Assembly (NCBI GenBank): GCA_963703985.1
Contig: CAVPGH010000003.1
Coordinates: 1,734 to 65,733 of the forward strand
Direction of reading: 5' to 3'
DNA: 64,000 bases
Origin: an uncultured Acidobacteriota bacterium
GTDB taxonomy: Bacteria; Acidobacteriota; Vicinamibacteria; Fen-336
The notes under the pieces: model-generated
The model's database searches: none
What the model saw: the letters and a program-made list of their open reading frames with translations, nothing else
Told to the model about the DNA's origin: nothing
Part shown: one piece after another, positions 8,732-21,969 of the stretch
Layout: each line of letters starts with the position of its first letter
Numbering within the stretch: position 1 is the stretch's first letter
Made by a program: the position numbers and the translations under genes

Positions 8732-11467
8732 GTGAGCCGTCTGCCTTCTCACCCCACGCAGCGCATCGCGGGACGATGGACGTCGTGGTCCAGGCTGCTC
8801 GACTTACGGCCTGAAGAACGTCGCGTCACCCTGGCGGCCTTTCTCGTCCTTTTCGGTTGGCTCGCCGCCCACACGATCCTGGAGATCGCGAGAGACGCCC
8901 TGTTCCTGGCGCGGCTGCCCGCCCATGAGCTCGCCTGGATGTACCTGGCGATGGCCGCGCTGGCCGTCCTCTTCACGCGGACGAAGGCCAGCCGGCTGGC
9001 CGGCGGTCGATCGCTGGCGGCGCTCCTGGGCGTCTCCGCCGGCGGAACGCTTCTCTTCTGGGCGGCACCGCTTAGCGGGCCGTGGGGGCTGCGCGCGCTC
9101 TACGTCTGGACGGGGCTCGCGGCGACGCTCATATCCGTGGCGTTTTGGCTGTTGCTCGGCGAGATCTACACGATCACGCAGGCGCGACGGCTCTACGTGG
9201 CGATCGGGCTCGGCAGCCAGCTGGGCGCGATGGCCGGCGCGGCCGTCGTTCGCGGGATGGCGAGCGGCCTCGACCCACACCACCTGCTGGCCGCATCGGC
9301 TGCCCTCTTCCTCCTCACCGCTGTCGGCCCCGCGCGCTTCGTCACCGCCGCGGCTCGGACGCTCCACCAGGAGGCGCCCGTCGACGCCAACCCCCCTCCG
9401 CTGGAGGTTCGGGCGATCGCGCGTCACCCATACCTGGCCCGCGTCGCCGTCTTCATCCTGCTCTCGACGATCGCGTTCACCCTCGGCGACTACGTCTTCA
9501 AGAGCGCCGTCGCCCAGGCCGTCGAGCCGGCCCGGCTCGGGAGCTTCTTCGCGTCCTTCTACCTGGCGCTGAACGCGCTCTCCATCGTCGCTCAGCTCTT
9601 CCTCTCCGGCTGGCTGATGCGCACGCTGGGCGTGAGCCGTGCGCTGGCGGTGTTGCCGCTCGTCGTGATGCCGGGGGCGATGGTCGTCGCGGCCGGCGCC
9701 GGCCTGGCCGGAGCCCTGCTGCTCAAGACCGCTGACGGCGCGCTGCGACCCTCGCTCAACCGGGTGGGGGTCGAGCTGCTGTTCGTGCCGGTGCCCGAGG
9801 CCTTGCGGGCCGCGGCCAAGCCGGCGATCGACGTGCTCGGAGCGCGCGGCGGGCAGGCCCTGGCGTCGGTCTTCGTCCTCGCCGTGGTCGCGTGGGGCGG
9901 CGGCAACAGGCTGATCGCGGGCGCAGCCACCCTCACGTGCCTTCTGTGGGCCGGCGTCGCGCTGGCTCTGCGGCCCCACTACCTCGACGTGTTCCGCGCC
10001 GCTGTCCGGGAGGGAGGGCTCCTGGAGGGAGCCGCGCTTCCGGCTCTCGACCTGAGCTCGCTCGAGGCCCTCTTCGGAGTGCTCAACAGCCGGGAGGACG
10101 GAGAGGTGCTCGCCGCGCTGGAGCTTCTGGCCGACCAGGGTCGCGCTCGGGTCCTGCCCGCGCTCCTGCTCTACCACCCGTCCAAGCCAGTCGTCCTGCG
10201 CACCCTGGCGCTCTTGACTGACAGCGGGCGCGTCGACTGGATCCCCACCGCGGACCGTCTGCTGGAGAGCGAGGATCCCGACATCCGGGCCGCTGCGCTG
10301 CGCGCACGGACGATCGCGCAACCTGACGAGAGGCTCTTGCGGAGGGCTTCGCAGGATACGAGCCCGTTCGTGCGCGCCACGGCCCTCGTGGGCCTGATCG
10401 GATCGGGCGCGGACCCCGAGGACGCCTGGAACGGGCTGCAGGAGCTGGCGGCGTCGCCCTCGCTGGCGACCCGCGTGGCGGTGGCCGAGGCTATCGAGCG
10501 GCAGCCGGCGCCGGCTTTCGAGAGACTGCTGCTCCAGCTCGCCGACTCACGCGACGAACGGCTGGCCCGGCACGTGGCGCGCGCCATGGCGAAGGTCCGC
10601 CGCCCGGCTTTCCTGGCGACGCTCATCGGCTGGCTGAGCAGCCGCGAGGCGCGGGAGGCGGCGCGAGAGGCTCTGGTGGAGCACGGCGAGGAGGCGCTGC
10701 GCGCCCTGGACGAGGCGCTCTTCGACCCGCGGACCCCGGCGCGGGTTCGCGAGCACATCCCGCGCACGGTCAGCCTCTTCCCGCCCGACCAGGCCGTGGG
10801 GGTGCTGCAGAGGCATCTCTTGGCGGAGCGCGACGGCCGGGTTCGCTTCAAGATCCTCCGCGGCCTGGGCCGGATCGCGACCGACCATCCGGAAGTCGCG
10901 CTGGACGGCACGCTCGTGCGCAAGGTCGCGGCGGGCACGGTTGCCGCGGCGATCGACGCGCTGCGCTTCAGGGTCGGCCTGGTGAACGGGGCCGAGCGGG
11001 TGCCGGCCAGGGCCACACCCGCGCACCGGCTTCTCGTGACCCTGCTTCGCGACAAGGAGAGCCACCGCATCGAGCGGTTCTTCCGGTTGCTCCAGTTGCT
11101 CTTCCGGGAGGAGGACGTTCGGGCCATCCATCGTGGCCTCAGGAACGCTGATCGCCGCGTGAGAGCGGCCAGCCGCGAGCTGCTCGAGAACCTGCTCGAG
11201 GACCCATTGCGGGAGACCGTGACGGCGCTCGTCGACGAGCTCGACGACCGGCAGCGGCTGGCCAGGCTCGGGACGGTATCGGAGAGCGAGCCTGCCGACG
11301 ACTACGCAAGCTTTCTGACCCTGATGCTGGAGACCGGGAGCCCCTCCTTGCGTTCGCTCGCGGCCTTCCACGCCAGCGAGATCGGGATTCCGGTGCGCTC
11401 CGTCAACGGGCCGCTCGCGGCGTTCGGTCCGCCGGCGTCGGTCGGGGAGCATGCCGATGGGCGCTGA
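8732..11467 (+). CDS. polytopic TLC/MFS-like (ATP:ADP-antiporter-family-like) membrane domain fused to a C-terminal HEAT-repeat domain
   Basis: 911 aa. The N-terminal ~430 aa contain about 11-12 TM helices with the LAAFLVLFGWLAAHTILEIARDALFL-type start seen in Npt/TLC-like carriers. The C-terminal ~470 aa carry repeated HEAT-like units (EDGEVLAALELLADQGRARVLPALL, EDPDIRAAALRA, SPFVRATALVGL, RRVRAASRELLENLL). The GTG start is uncertain. Confidence 0.75.
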   Translation: MSRLPSHPTQRIAGRWTSWSRLLDLRPEERRVTLAAFLVLFGWLAAHTILEIARDALFLARLPAHELAWMYLAMAALAVLFTRTKASRLAGGRSLAALLGVSAGGTLLFWAAPLSGPWGLRALYVWTGLAATLISVAFWLLLGEIYTITQARRLYVAIGLGSQLGAMAGAAVVRGMASGLDPHHLLAASAALFLLTAVGPARFVTAAARTLHQEAPVDANPPPLEVRAIARHPYLARVAVFILLSTIAFTLGDYVFKSAVAQAVEPARLGSFFASFYLALNALSIVAQLFLSGWLMRTLGVSRALAVLPLVVMPGAMVVAAGAGLAGALLLKTADGALRPSLNRVGVELLFVPVPEALRAAAKPAIDVLGARGGQALASVFVLAVVAWGGGNRLIAGAATLTCLLWAGVALALRPHYLDVFRAAVREGGLLEGAALPALDLSSLEALFGVLNSREDGEVLAALELLADQGRARVLPALLLYHPSKPVVLRTLALLTDSGRVDWIPTADRLLESEDPDIRAAALRARTIAQPDERLLRRASQDTSPFVRATALVGLIGSGADPEDAWNGLQELAASPSLATRVAVAEAIERQPAPAFERLLLQLADSRDERLARHVARAMAKVRRPAFLATLIGWLSSREAREAAREALVEHGEEALRALDEALFDPRTPARVREHIPRTVSLFPPDQAVGVLQRHLLAERDGRVRFKILRGLGRIATDHPEVALDGTLVRKVAAGTVAAAIDALRFRVGLVNGAERVPARATPAHRLLVTLLRDKESHRIERFFRLLQLLFREEDVRAIHRGLRNADRRVRAASRELLENLLEDPLRETVTALVDELDDRQRLARLGTVSESEPADDYASFLTLMLETGSPSLRSLAAFHASEIGIPVRSVNGPLAAFGPPASVGEHADGR

Positions 11468-12560
11468 CTCGAATCTGAGCCCTATCGACAAGCTGATCTA
11501 CCTGGGCCGGGTGGCCTGGTCGCAGGCGCGCCTCCCGATCGCCCTGCGCCGGCTGTCGATCGCCGCCGACAATCTGAGGGAGCGCGCGTTCCCGCGCGGC
11601 GCGGTGCTCGCGCGGGGGGGCGAGCCCCTGGCTAGCTCCTATCTGCTGGTTCAGGGACGCGTGCGTGTGTCGCGCCGGGGCACGGTGCTCGGCGAGGCCG
11701 AACCGGGCGCGGTGGTGGGGTTCGAGGGCCTGCTCTCGCAGGATCCCCTGGGCCTGGACGCCGTGGCGGCCACCGACGTGCTGGCGCTGCAGCTCGACCA
11801 CGACACGCTGCTCGGTATCCTGGACGACCAGTTCCCGCTGGTGCACCTGGCCACTCGTGCCGCCACCCGACGCTTCCTCGAGCTGATACGGCGGCTGGCC
11901 GGACCACAACACGACTCGACGCGCTTCTTGTTCCCGAGGGGGCTACGGGACGACGAAGCGGGCCTCTGGCTTCCGCAGCCGACTGGCAGGCGCATGAGCC
12001 TCATCGAAGTGCTCCTGTTCCTGCGAACGCCGGGCGGACCTTTCGAGGGGTCCAGCATCGACGCCCTCGCGGAGCTGGCCGCCAGCGTGACGCAGGTGCC
12101 GTTCCCGGCGGGTCACGTCTTCTGGAGGGAAGGCGATCACGCGACCCGCATGTGCCTGGTCGTCGAGGGCAACGTGGCTTGCGCTTCGTCCCGGGCCGGC
12201 GCGCCGTTCTGCTTCCGTGTGGGCCCAGGCCGCCCGCTGGGGGTCCTGGAGTCGGTCGCCGGCGAGCCACGCTGGTTCGACGCGGTCGCCGAGACGCCGG
12301 GCGTCCTGCTCGAAGACGACGTCGAACGCCTGATCGACCTGTTCGAGGACAACACCGACGTCGCGCTCGACTACCTCGCCTGGGTGAGCCGGACCACCCT
12401 CGAGCTGATCGAGCGGGAGCTGGGGCCGGGCCGCGACCTGCTGGAGTTCTTCACGACCCTCGCGCCGCCTCTGGCGCCGACGCCTCCCGCGGTCGAGGTC
12501 GGCCCAGAGCGACCGGTCGAGGACGAGGCAGAGTCCGAGTCCGAGGGCGAGCATGCCTGA
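11451..12560 (+). CDS. protein with two cyclic-nucleotide-binding (cNMP/CAP-effector) domains
   Basis: 369 aa. It has two Crp-type beta-barrel domains (RAFPRGAVLARGGEPLASSYLLVQGRVRV...GFEGLL and FPAGHVFWREGDHATRMCLVVEGNV). No HTH was seen. It overlaps the upstream gene by 17 nt. Confidence 0.85.
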   Translation: MPMGADSNLSPIDKLIYLGRVAWSQARLPIALRRLSIAADNLRERAFPRGAVLARGGEPLASSYLLVQGRVRVSRRGTVLGEAEPGAVVGFEGLLSQDPLGLDAVAATDVLALQLDHDTLLGILDDQFPLVHLATRAATRRFLELIRRLAGPQHDSTRFLFPRGLRDDEAGLWLPQPTGRRMSLIEVLLFLRTPGGPFEGSSIDALAELAASVTQVPFPAGHVFWREGDHATRMCLVVEGNVACASSRAGAPFCFRVGPGRPLGVLESVAGEPRWFDAVAETPGVLLEDDVERLIDLFEDNTDVALDYLAWVSRTTLELIERELGPGRDLLEFFTTLAPPLAPTPPAVEVGPERPVEDEAESESEGEHA

Positions 12561-12968
12561 GACGACCTTGTGGAGGGTCGACATCCAGTCGCAGGGCCTT
12601 GAGGTCGCCGGCTCCCTGACCGACCTCATCCAGCCGCTTCGACCCCCGCGCGGAGGACGACCCCTCGGCGGGCGCCCGGAGCATCCACGAACGTCTGCGC
12701 ATGCTCGCGGCGGAAGTCGCGGGGGCGATGCCGGTGCCGGCTCTGGTGCAGGTGGAGCCCCCCGGGCGCGTGCTCGTCCGCCGCGGCGGAGCTGCAACGG
12801 GTGATCGGGATGGTCGAGACCCGGCTGCGATCGCTGGGGCTCAAGAAGAGGGGATGAGCGCGTTGCGAACGACCAGTGGTCGTCGTGAATCCCCAACGAT
12901 GCGGCGCCGCCGCGGGCCGTCAGCGCCGGCTGGCGGCCTGCCAGCAGGGACTTCGGCGCAGGGCTGGG

Positions 12969-12984
12969 TGGCACGGTTCCTGCC
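12969..12984 (+). promoter_or_regulatory. sigma-54-type -24/-12 promoter-like element upstream of the efflux operon
   Basis: TGGCACGGTTCCTGCC compared with consensus TGGCACG-N4-TTGCW: the -24 element is perfect, and T, G and C of the -12 element are conserved. The ATG of the TolC-like gene is only 14 nt downstream. That is an awkwardly short leader. Confidence 0.3.
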
Positions 12985-12997
12985 TCTGCCCTCTCGC

Positions 12998-14417
12998 ATG
13001 AAGTGCTCACTTTGGTCGCCCACGCCAGGACGCACGCCGATCGCGTCGCTCCGCCGTCGAACTCGCCTTCTCGTCCTCTTCCTCTCGATGGCCGCCGCCT
13101 GGCCGGCCACGTCGTCGCTGGCACAGGCCGGAGCGACCTCGCAGGAGCCCCCGGACCCGCTCCTCACGCTCGACGAGGCGCTGTCCCTGGCGCTCGACAA
13201 CAACCGCCAGGTGAAGATCGCAGCACTCGAGGCGCAGAAGTCCGAGCACCAGGTGAACGTCGTCCGCAGCAGGCGTCTGCCGCAGTTCCACGTCGACGCG
13301 CTCGCAGGCTCGCTGCTGCAGCCCTTCGACTTCACCTTCCCGGCGGGCTCCTTCGGCACCTACCCGGGGACGGGGCCGATCCCTTCGACCGACGCCAAGA
13401 TCACGCACCGAGGCCCAGTTCACGGCCTCCGTCACCGCCGCCGTCGATCAACCGCTGTCGCAGCTCTACGAGATCAACCTCGGCGTCAAGGCGACCGAGC
13501 TCGGGCGCGAGATCGCCCGCGAGGGCCTGCGCGCCGAGCGCCAGAAGGTCGTCGCGCAGGTCCGAAGCGCGTACTTCGACCTCGTGGCGACGCAGGCGGC
13601 GGTCGACGCGATGCGGGAGACGGTGAAGACGCTCACCGAGGCGCAGCGCGTCACGGCCCAGCACGAAGCGCAGCAGACCGTGCTCCGGGGCGACGTGCTG
13701 GAGGTCGACGCGCGCCTCCTGAAGAGCCGGTACGAGCTGTCGGCGGCCGAGAACCGGCTCGCGACCCAGCGCGAGGTCCTGAACGACCTGCTCGGCCGCG
13801 ATCTGGAAGCTCGGTTTCGCGTCGAGCCGATTCCCGGTTTGGACGCGAGCGCCCTCACGCTCGACTCCGCCCGCCAGCGAGCCTCGGAGAGCCGGCCGGA
13901 GCTGCGCCAGGCCGAGCTCAGGGAGCGGCAGGCGGACTACGAGCGCCGCATCGCCAAGGCCGACTACATCCCGGACGTGAGCCTGTCCGTTCGCTACCTG
14001 GGCTTCTTCAACTACGAGGTGCTGCCGAGGCACGTCGCCGTCGCGGGCGTGTTCGTGAACTGGGAGCCGTTCGACTGGAGGCGCCGCAGCAACAAGGTGG
14101 CCGAGAGGGCCAAGGCGGTCGAGCAGGCCCGGAACGGAGCGCAGCAGGCGCGCTCGCAGATCGCGATCGAAGTGGGAGCGAAGTACCGCAGGTGGAGCGA
14201 GGCCGCGCTGCTCGTGCCGGCGGTGCGGACGGGATACGAGGCGGCGAGAGAGCAGCTGCGGGTGACGACGAACAAGTACAAGGACGAGGCGGCGCTGCTG
14301 AAGGACCTGCTCCAGGCCCAGGCCCGGAGCAGCGAGACGCAGTTCCAGTACCAGCAGGCACTGTCTTCTTATTGGGGGGCCATGGCGGAGCTGCGCCGGG
14401 CGATGGGAGATGAGTAA
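12998..14417 (+). pseudogene. TolC-family outer-membrane efflux protein, one frameshift as sequenced
   Basis: Frame 2 gives a signal peptide plus DPLLTLDEALSLALDNNRQVKIAALEAQKSEHQVNVVRSRRLPQF...PSTDAKITH. Frame 3 continues EAQFTASVTAAVDQPLSQLYEINLGVKATELGREIAREGL... to GAMAELRRAMGDE*. The switch at ~13409 is resolved by removing one nucleotide. There are no in-frame stops. Confidence 0.85.
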
Positions 14418-15540
14418 CGTGAAGAGAACGTCGACGTTGCTGGCGCTGGCGCTGGCGCTCGCGGGCTGCGGCTCGAAGAAGCCGATCGCGCAGGCCGCGC
14501 AGGCCGTCCAGACCCAGCGCATGCACTCGGACCTGGCCGCGAGTGGGGGGAGGCTCCGTTTCTCGGCCGTGGTCGAGCCGGATGCTCGTGCCCCGGTGTC
14601 CTTCAGGATCCCGGGCTACGTGACCGCCATCAAGCAGACGCGCGGCGAGGGCGGCGGGATGCGCGACCTCGCGGAAGGCGACCGGGTGAGCGCCGGCACG
14701 GTGCTCGTCCGCATCCGGAGCGCCGAGTACGAGGACAAGGTGAGCCAGGCGGCCTCGCAGACCGCGGCCGCCGAGGCGATCGCGCAGAAGGCGAAGCTCG
14801 ACTTCGACCGCGCGACGCGCCTCTTCGCCAGCCAGAGCATCACCAAGGCCGACTTCGACGGCGCGCAGGCGCAGTACGACGCGACGCAGAGCCAGGTGAA
14901 GGCGGCGCGCGCGCTCACGAGCGAGGCCGAGATCTCGCTGCGGGACACCTCGGTCGTGGCTCCCTTCGACGGCGAGATCGTGAAGAAGGCGGTCGAGCTC
15001 GGCGCGTTCGTGGGCCCGGGGTCGCCCGTGTTCGTCGTGGCCCGGACCGACCTCGTGAAGATCGTGATCGGCGTGCCGGATACGGCGCTGCCGTCCGTCA
15101 CGCTCGGAGAGCCCGTCGACGTTGCCGTCGACGCGTACGGCGACCGCACGTTCGAGGCGCGGATCAGCCGGATGGCGTCGGCGGCCGACCCCAGGACGGG
15201 GAACTTCGAGGTCGAGGTCGCGATCCCCAACCGCGACCACGCGCTCAAGGCGGGGATGATCGGCTCGCTCGAGCTGGCCGCGGTGAAGGGAACGAAGCCG
15301 CAGGCCTCGTTCCGGGTTCCGCTCTCGGCCATCGTGCAGGCAGGCGACGCAGCAGGCTACGGCGTCTACGTCGTCGCCGGTGCGAAGGGCGAGGAGACGG
15401 CGAAGCTGCGGCCGGTCGAGATCGGCCCGGTCATCGGGACCGAGATCACGGTCGTGCGCGGGCTCGCGGACGGCGACGAGGTGATCACGAGCGGCGCGAA
15501 CCTGCTCAAGGACGCCCAGCGCGTGGAGATCGTCAAGTGA
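14410..15540 (+). CDS. RND efflux periplasmic adaptor (membrane-fusion protein, HlyD/MexA family) lipoprotein
   Basis: 376 aa with a lipobox (LALAGC). It has coiled-coil and beta-barrel motifs typical of MFPs (AQAQYDATQSQVKAARA..., VVAPFDGEIV). Its start overlaps the end of the TolC gene. Confidence 0.9.
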   Translation: MSNVKRTSTLLALALALAGCGSKKPIAQAAQAVQTQRMHSDLAASGGRLRFSAVVEPDARAPVSFRIPGYVTAIKQTRGEGGGMRDLAEGDRVSAGTVLVRIRSAEYEDKVSQAASQTAAAEAIAQKAKLDFDRATRLFASQSITKADFDGAQAQYDATQSQVKAARALTSEAEISLRDTSVVAPFDGEIVKKAVELGAFVGPGSPVFVVARTDLVKIVIGVPDTALPSVTLGEPVDVAVDAYGDRTFEARISRMASAADPRTGNFEVEVAIPNRDHALKAGMIGSLELAAVKGTKPQASFRVPLSAIVQAGDAAGYGVYVVAGAKGEETAKLRPVEIGPVIGTEITVVRGLADGDEVITSGANLLKDAQRVEIVK

Positions 15541-18500
15541 AGACGAACGAGACAGAAGGCAGCGGCAACATCGCGCGGTTCTTCACCCACAACCGCCAGA
15601 TCGGCTGGGTCGCCCTCGTGGCGACCCTCCTGTGGGGCGTCTTCGGCTACATGAACATGCCGAAGCGCAAGGACCCCGACATCCCCGTGCGCGTGGCGCT
15701 CGCGATCTGCCCGTGGCCCGGGATCGCCTCCGACAAGGTCGAGCAGCTCGTCACCCGCAAGATCGAGCAGGCGGCGACCGGGAACTCCAAGGTGGAGCGC
15801 GTCGAGGCCACCACGCAGGACAACATCTCCGTCGTGCAGGTCCGGCTGCTGGACAGCATCGAGAACACGGACCAGGAGTTCCAGGACATCGGCCAGCGGC
15901 TCAAGCAGATCGAGAACGATCTTCCGGACGGCGCCGGCCCCATCACCTGGATCAGCGACTTCGGCGACACGGCCGCGCTGATGCTGACCGTCGCGAGCCC
16001 GCCCGTGTCCAAGATGGAGATCGAGCTGGGCGCGCGCGGCGTGCGCGAGGCGATCGAGAAAGCGCGTCGCGGAGACACGACGCCGCGCGTGGCCATCCTG
16101 CACTGCTATCCCGCGTCGGTCTCCCCCGCCATGGTCGAGCGGCCGTTCAAGCTGTTCGCCGACGAGGCGCAGCGGGACGGCATCGCACGAGACGTCCGGC
16201 CGCTGTCGGTGGGCAGCTGCTCGGGGGTCGACTTCGCGACCAGCCGAAGCGACGCGGAGGTCCGGGCCTATGGCCAGCAGTTCATGGACCGGCGGATACA
16301 GCTCTCCGACGTCCACCCCGACTCGTGGGGCCCGATCATCATCCGCGATCCGCAGACGACCAGGGACCGGCTCGCGGAGGTGGCCAGCAACCGGTACTCG
16401 TACCGGCAGCTCGACGACTTCACCGACCTGATCCAGCGGACGCTGCAGCGCGTCCCGCTGGTCGCGAAGGTGCAGCGCGCGGGCGTCCTGCCCGAGCAGA
16501 TCTACCTCGACTACTCGCACGAGCGGCTCGCCTCCTTCGACTTCCCGGTCGCGAGGATCAAGGAGCTCCTGAACGCCCGCAACGTGACCGCTCCCGCCGG
16601 GGTCCTGGAGACCCAGACCAAGAACGTCCGCATCGACGCCACCGCCGAGTTCCAGAGCACCCGGGAGATCGGAGACGTGCTGGTCGGCACGTCTTCGACG
16701 GGCGTGCCGGTGTACCTGCGCGACCTGGTGTCCACCTGGCGCGGATACCAGAGCCCCACCCAGTACCTGAACTACCTCACCTACCGCGACGCGTCGGGGA
16801 CGTGGCAGCGCAACCGCGCGATCACCCTGGCCGTGCAGATGCGCTCGGGGCAGCAGATCGGCGACTTCGGCAAGGCCGTGGACGCGGCCATCGCCGGCGT
16901 GCGGCCGCAGCTGCCGCCCGACCTCATCGTCGAGCGCACCTCGGACCAGCCGCGGCAGGTGAACGAGCTGGTGAGCCTGCTGATGGGAAGCCTCTGGGAG
17001 GCGATCGCGCTCGTCGTGATCGTCGCCCTGGTCGGCTTCTGGGACTGGCGCGCGGCCATGCTCATGGCGGCCTCGATCCCGCTGACGCTGGCCATGACCT
17101 TCGGGATCGTCCAGGTGATGGGCATCGACATCCAGCAGGTCTCGATCGCGACGCTGATCATCGCGCTCGGGCTGCTCGTGGACATGCCGGTGGTGGCGGG
17201 CGACGCCATCAAGCGCGAGCTGGGCCAGGGATCGCCACGCAGCCTCGCGTCCTGGATCGGCCCGAGCAAGCTCGCCAAGGCGATCATCTTCGCCACCATC
17301 ACCAACATCGTCGCCTACCTGCCGTTCCTGCTGCTGACCGGCGACACGTACTTCTTCCTCTACAGCCTGCCGGTCGTGATGAGCGTGACGCTGGTCGCCT
17401 CGGTGATCGTCTCGTTCACCTTCATCCCGCTCGTCGCCTACTACCTGATCAAGCCGCCGAAGCAGGTCGAGGAGCCCATGTCCGAGCGGCGGAAGCACGG
17501 CTTCGCCGGGTTCTACTACCGCGTCGGCGACTTCGCGCTCCGGCACCGCTGGGCGGTGTTCGCGGGCTCGCTGAGCATCCTGGTCGTGGGCTGGCTCTTC
17601 ATGTCGCGGCTGCACCCGCAGTTCTTCCCCAAGGACCTGTCGTACCTCTCGTACGTGGACGTCTGGGTGCCTTCCGACGCGCCGCTCGCGGCGACGAACG
17701 CGATCGCGCACAAGGCCGAGGCCGTGATCCGCGAGGAGGCGGAACGCTTCGGCGAGGAGCACCACGCGAAGGACGTGCTCAAGGCGCTCACCACGTTCGT
17801 CGGCGGCGGCGGGCCCCGGTTCTGGTTCTCGGTCGATCCCGAGCGCCGTCAGCTCAACTACGCCCAGATCATCATCGAGGTGAGCGACAAGCACTTCACC
17901 AACGAGCTGGTCGGCCCGCTGCAGACCGCGCTCAGCCGCGAGGTGCCCGGGGCGCGGATCGACGTCCGGCAGCTCGAGACGGGCAAGCCGGTCGGGATCC
18001 CGATCTCCATCCGCATCTCGGGCGCCGACACCGACGGTCCTGCACCGGCTCTCCAGCGAGCTGCAGGCGATCTTCCGCGCGCAGCCCGGGGCGAGCCGGG
18101 TGCGGGACGACTGGGGCGAGCCGACGATGACGGTGCGGCTCAAGGTGGACCCCGACCGCGCCAACCTCTCCGGCGTGACGAACCTCGACGTCGCGCTCTC
18201 GTCCGCCGCCTCGGTGAACGGGCTGCCGGTCTCGACCTACCGGGAGGCCGACAAGCAGATCCCGATCGCCGTCCGGCAGCGCATGGAGGATCGCGCCGGC
18301 ATCTCCGACCTCCAGAACAGCTACGTCTACTCGATGACCACCAACAAGCGGGTGCCGCTCACCCAGGTCTCGAAGGTCACCACGGAGATGACGATTCCGA
18401 AGATCAAGCGGCGGAACCAGTTCCGCACCGTGACGGTGTCGGCGTTCCCGATCCCGGGGCTGCTGCCGTCCCAGGTGCTCACGCCGATGATGCCCAGGAT

Positions 18501-19145
18501 CGAGGAGTTCCAGAAGAACCTGCCCCCGGGGTACTTCCTCGAGATCGGGGGCGAGTACGAAGAGCAGGTGAAGGGCTTCAAGCAGCTCAGCGGTCGTGAT
18601 GGCGGTCTCGGTGGCGCTCATCTACATGGCTCTCGTCCTCCAGTTCAAGAACGCGGTCAAGCCGTTGCTCGTCTTCGCGGCGATCCCGTACGGCATGGCG
18701 GGTGCCTTCGTGGCCCTCGCCGTGATGGGCCAGCCGTTCGGGTTCATGGCCTTCCTCGGCGTCGCGAGCCTCGTCGGCGTGATCGTCAGCCACGTGATCG
18801 TGCTGTTCGACTTCATCGAGGAGGCGCACCACGAGGGCGAGCCGCTGCGCGAGGCGCTGCTCGACGCCGGGATCGTGCGGCTGCGGCCGGTGATGATCAC
18901 GGTCGGCGCGACCGTGCTCGGACTGGTGCCGCTGGCCATGCACGGCGGGCCGCTGTGGGAGCCGCTCTGCTACGCGCAGATCGGCGGGTCTCACGCTCGC
19001 CACGTTCATCACGCTGCTGCTCGTTCCGGTCATGTATTCGATCTTCGTCCTGGATCTCAAGCTGATCCGCTGGGAAAAGGAGGAAGACGCCGGAGCCGCG
19101 ATCGACCGCGCCGAGGTGGCTTCCGGGACGGTTACCGTGAGCTGA
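15537..19145 (+). pseudogene. RND (AcrB/HAE1-like) efflux permease, three frameshifts as sequenced
   Basis: Continuous AcrB-like sequence is read in frame 3 up to ISIRISGADTD. It continues in frame 1 (VLHRLSSELQAIFRAQPGASRVRDDWGEPTMTVRLKVD...KGFKQLS), then frame 2 (VVMAVSVALIYMALVLQFKN...PLCYAQIGG), then frame 3 (LTLATFITLLLVPVMYSIFVLDLK...GTVTVS*). The switches at ~18036, ~18592 and ~18987 are each explained by one extra G. Confidence 0.9.
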
Positions 19146-19203
19146 CCCTGTCCTCGTATCGGGAACTGACATCTATCGATTGATTGAGCTGAAGGAGTAA
19201 AGC

Positions 19204-19407
19204 ATGCTGGGTAGAACCCTGACGAAAGCCGTCCTGGCCGCGACCGCCGCAGTGACGCTCGCCGCGTGCGCGACCACATCGCTCCAATCCACGTGGAAGG
19301 ACCCCGCGGCCGCGCCCCTGAACCTGAAGGGCAAGAAGGTGGTGGCCCTGGTCGTGACCGACGAGGAGGCGCTCCGCATGGAGGCGAAGAGCTACGTCGT
19401 GAAGTGA
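19204..19407 (+). CDS. small putative lipoprotein (67 aa), possibly a 3'-truncated stub
   Basis: GAAGGAG lies 6 nt upstream of the ATG. A signal peptide plus lipobox is present (AAVTLAAC). The sequence ends abruptly after KGKKVVALVVTDEEALRMEAK, so truncation is only suspected. Confidence 0.5.
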   Translation: MLGRTLTKAVLAATAAVTLAACATTSLQSTWKDPAAAPLNLKGKKVVALVVTDEEALRMEAKSYVVK

Positions 19408-19441
19408 TCACGACGCCACGTCTTCGCGAGAAAGGGATCTC

Positions 19442-21964
<2,523 letters not shown>

Positions 21965-21969
21965 CCGTG

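Noticed and set aside
12560-12998. A possible coding relic between the cNMP gene and the TolC-like gene (...SIHERLRMLAAEVAGAMPVPALVQVEPPGRVLVR, then after a shift AAELQRVIGMVETRLRSLGLKKRG*).
   Set aside because: It is protein-like and has a GC3 bias, but I recognised no family and there is no start codon. It is left unannotated. BLASTX would decide.
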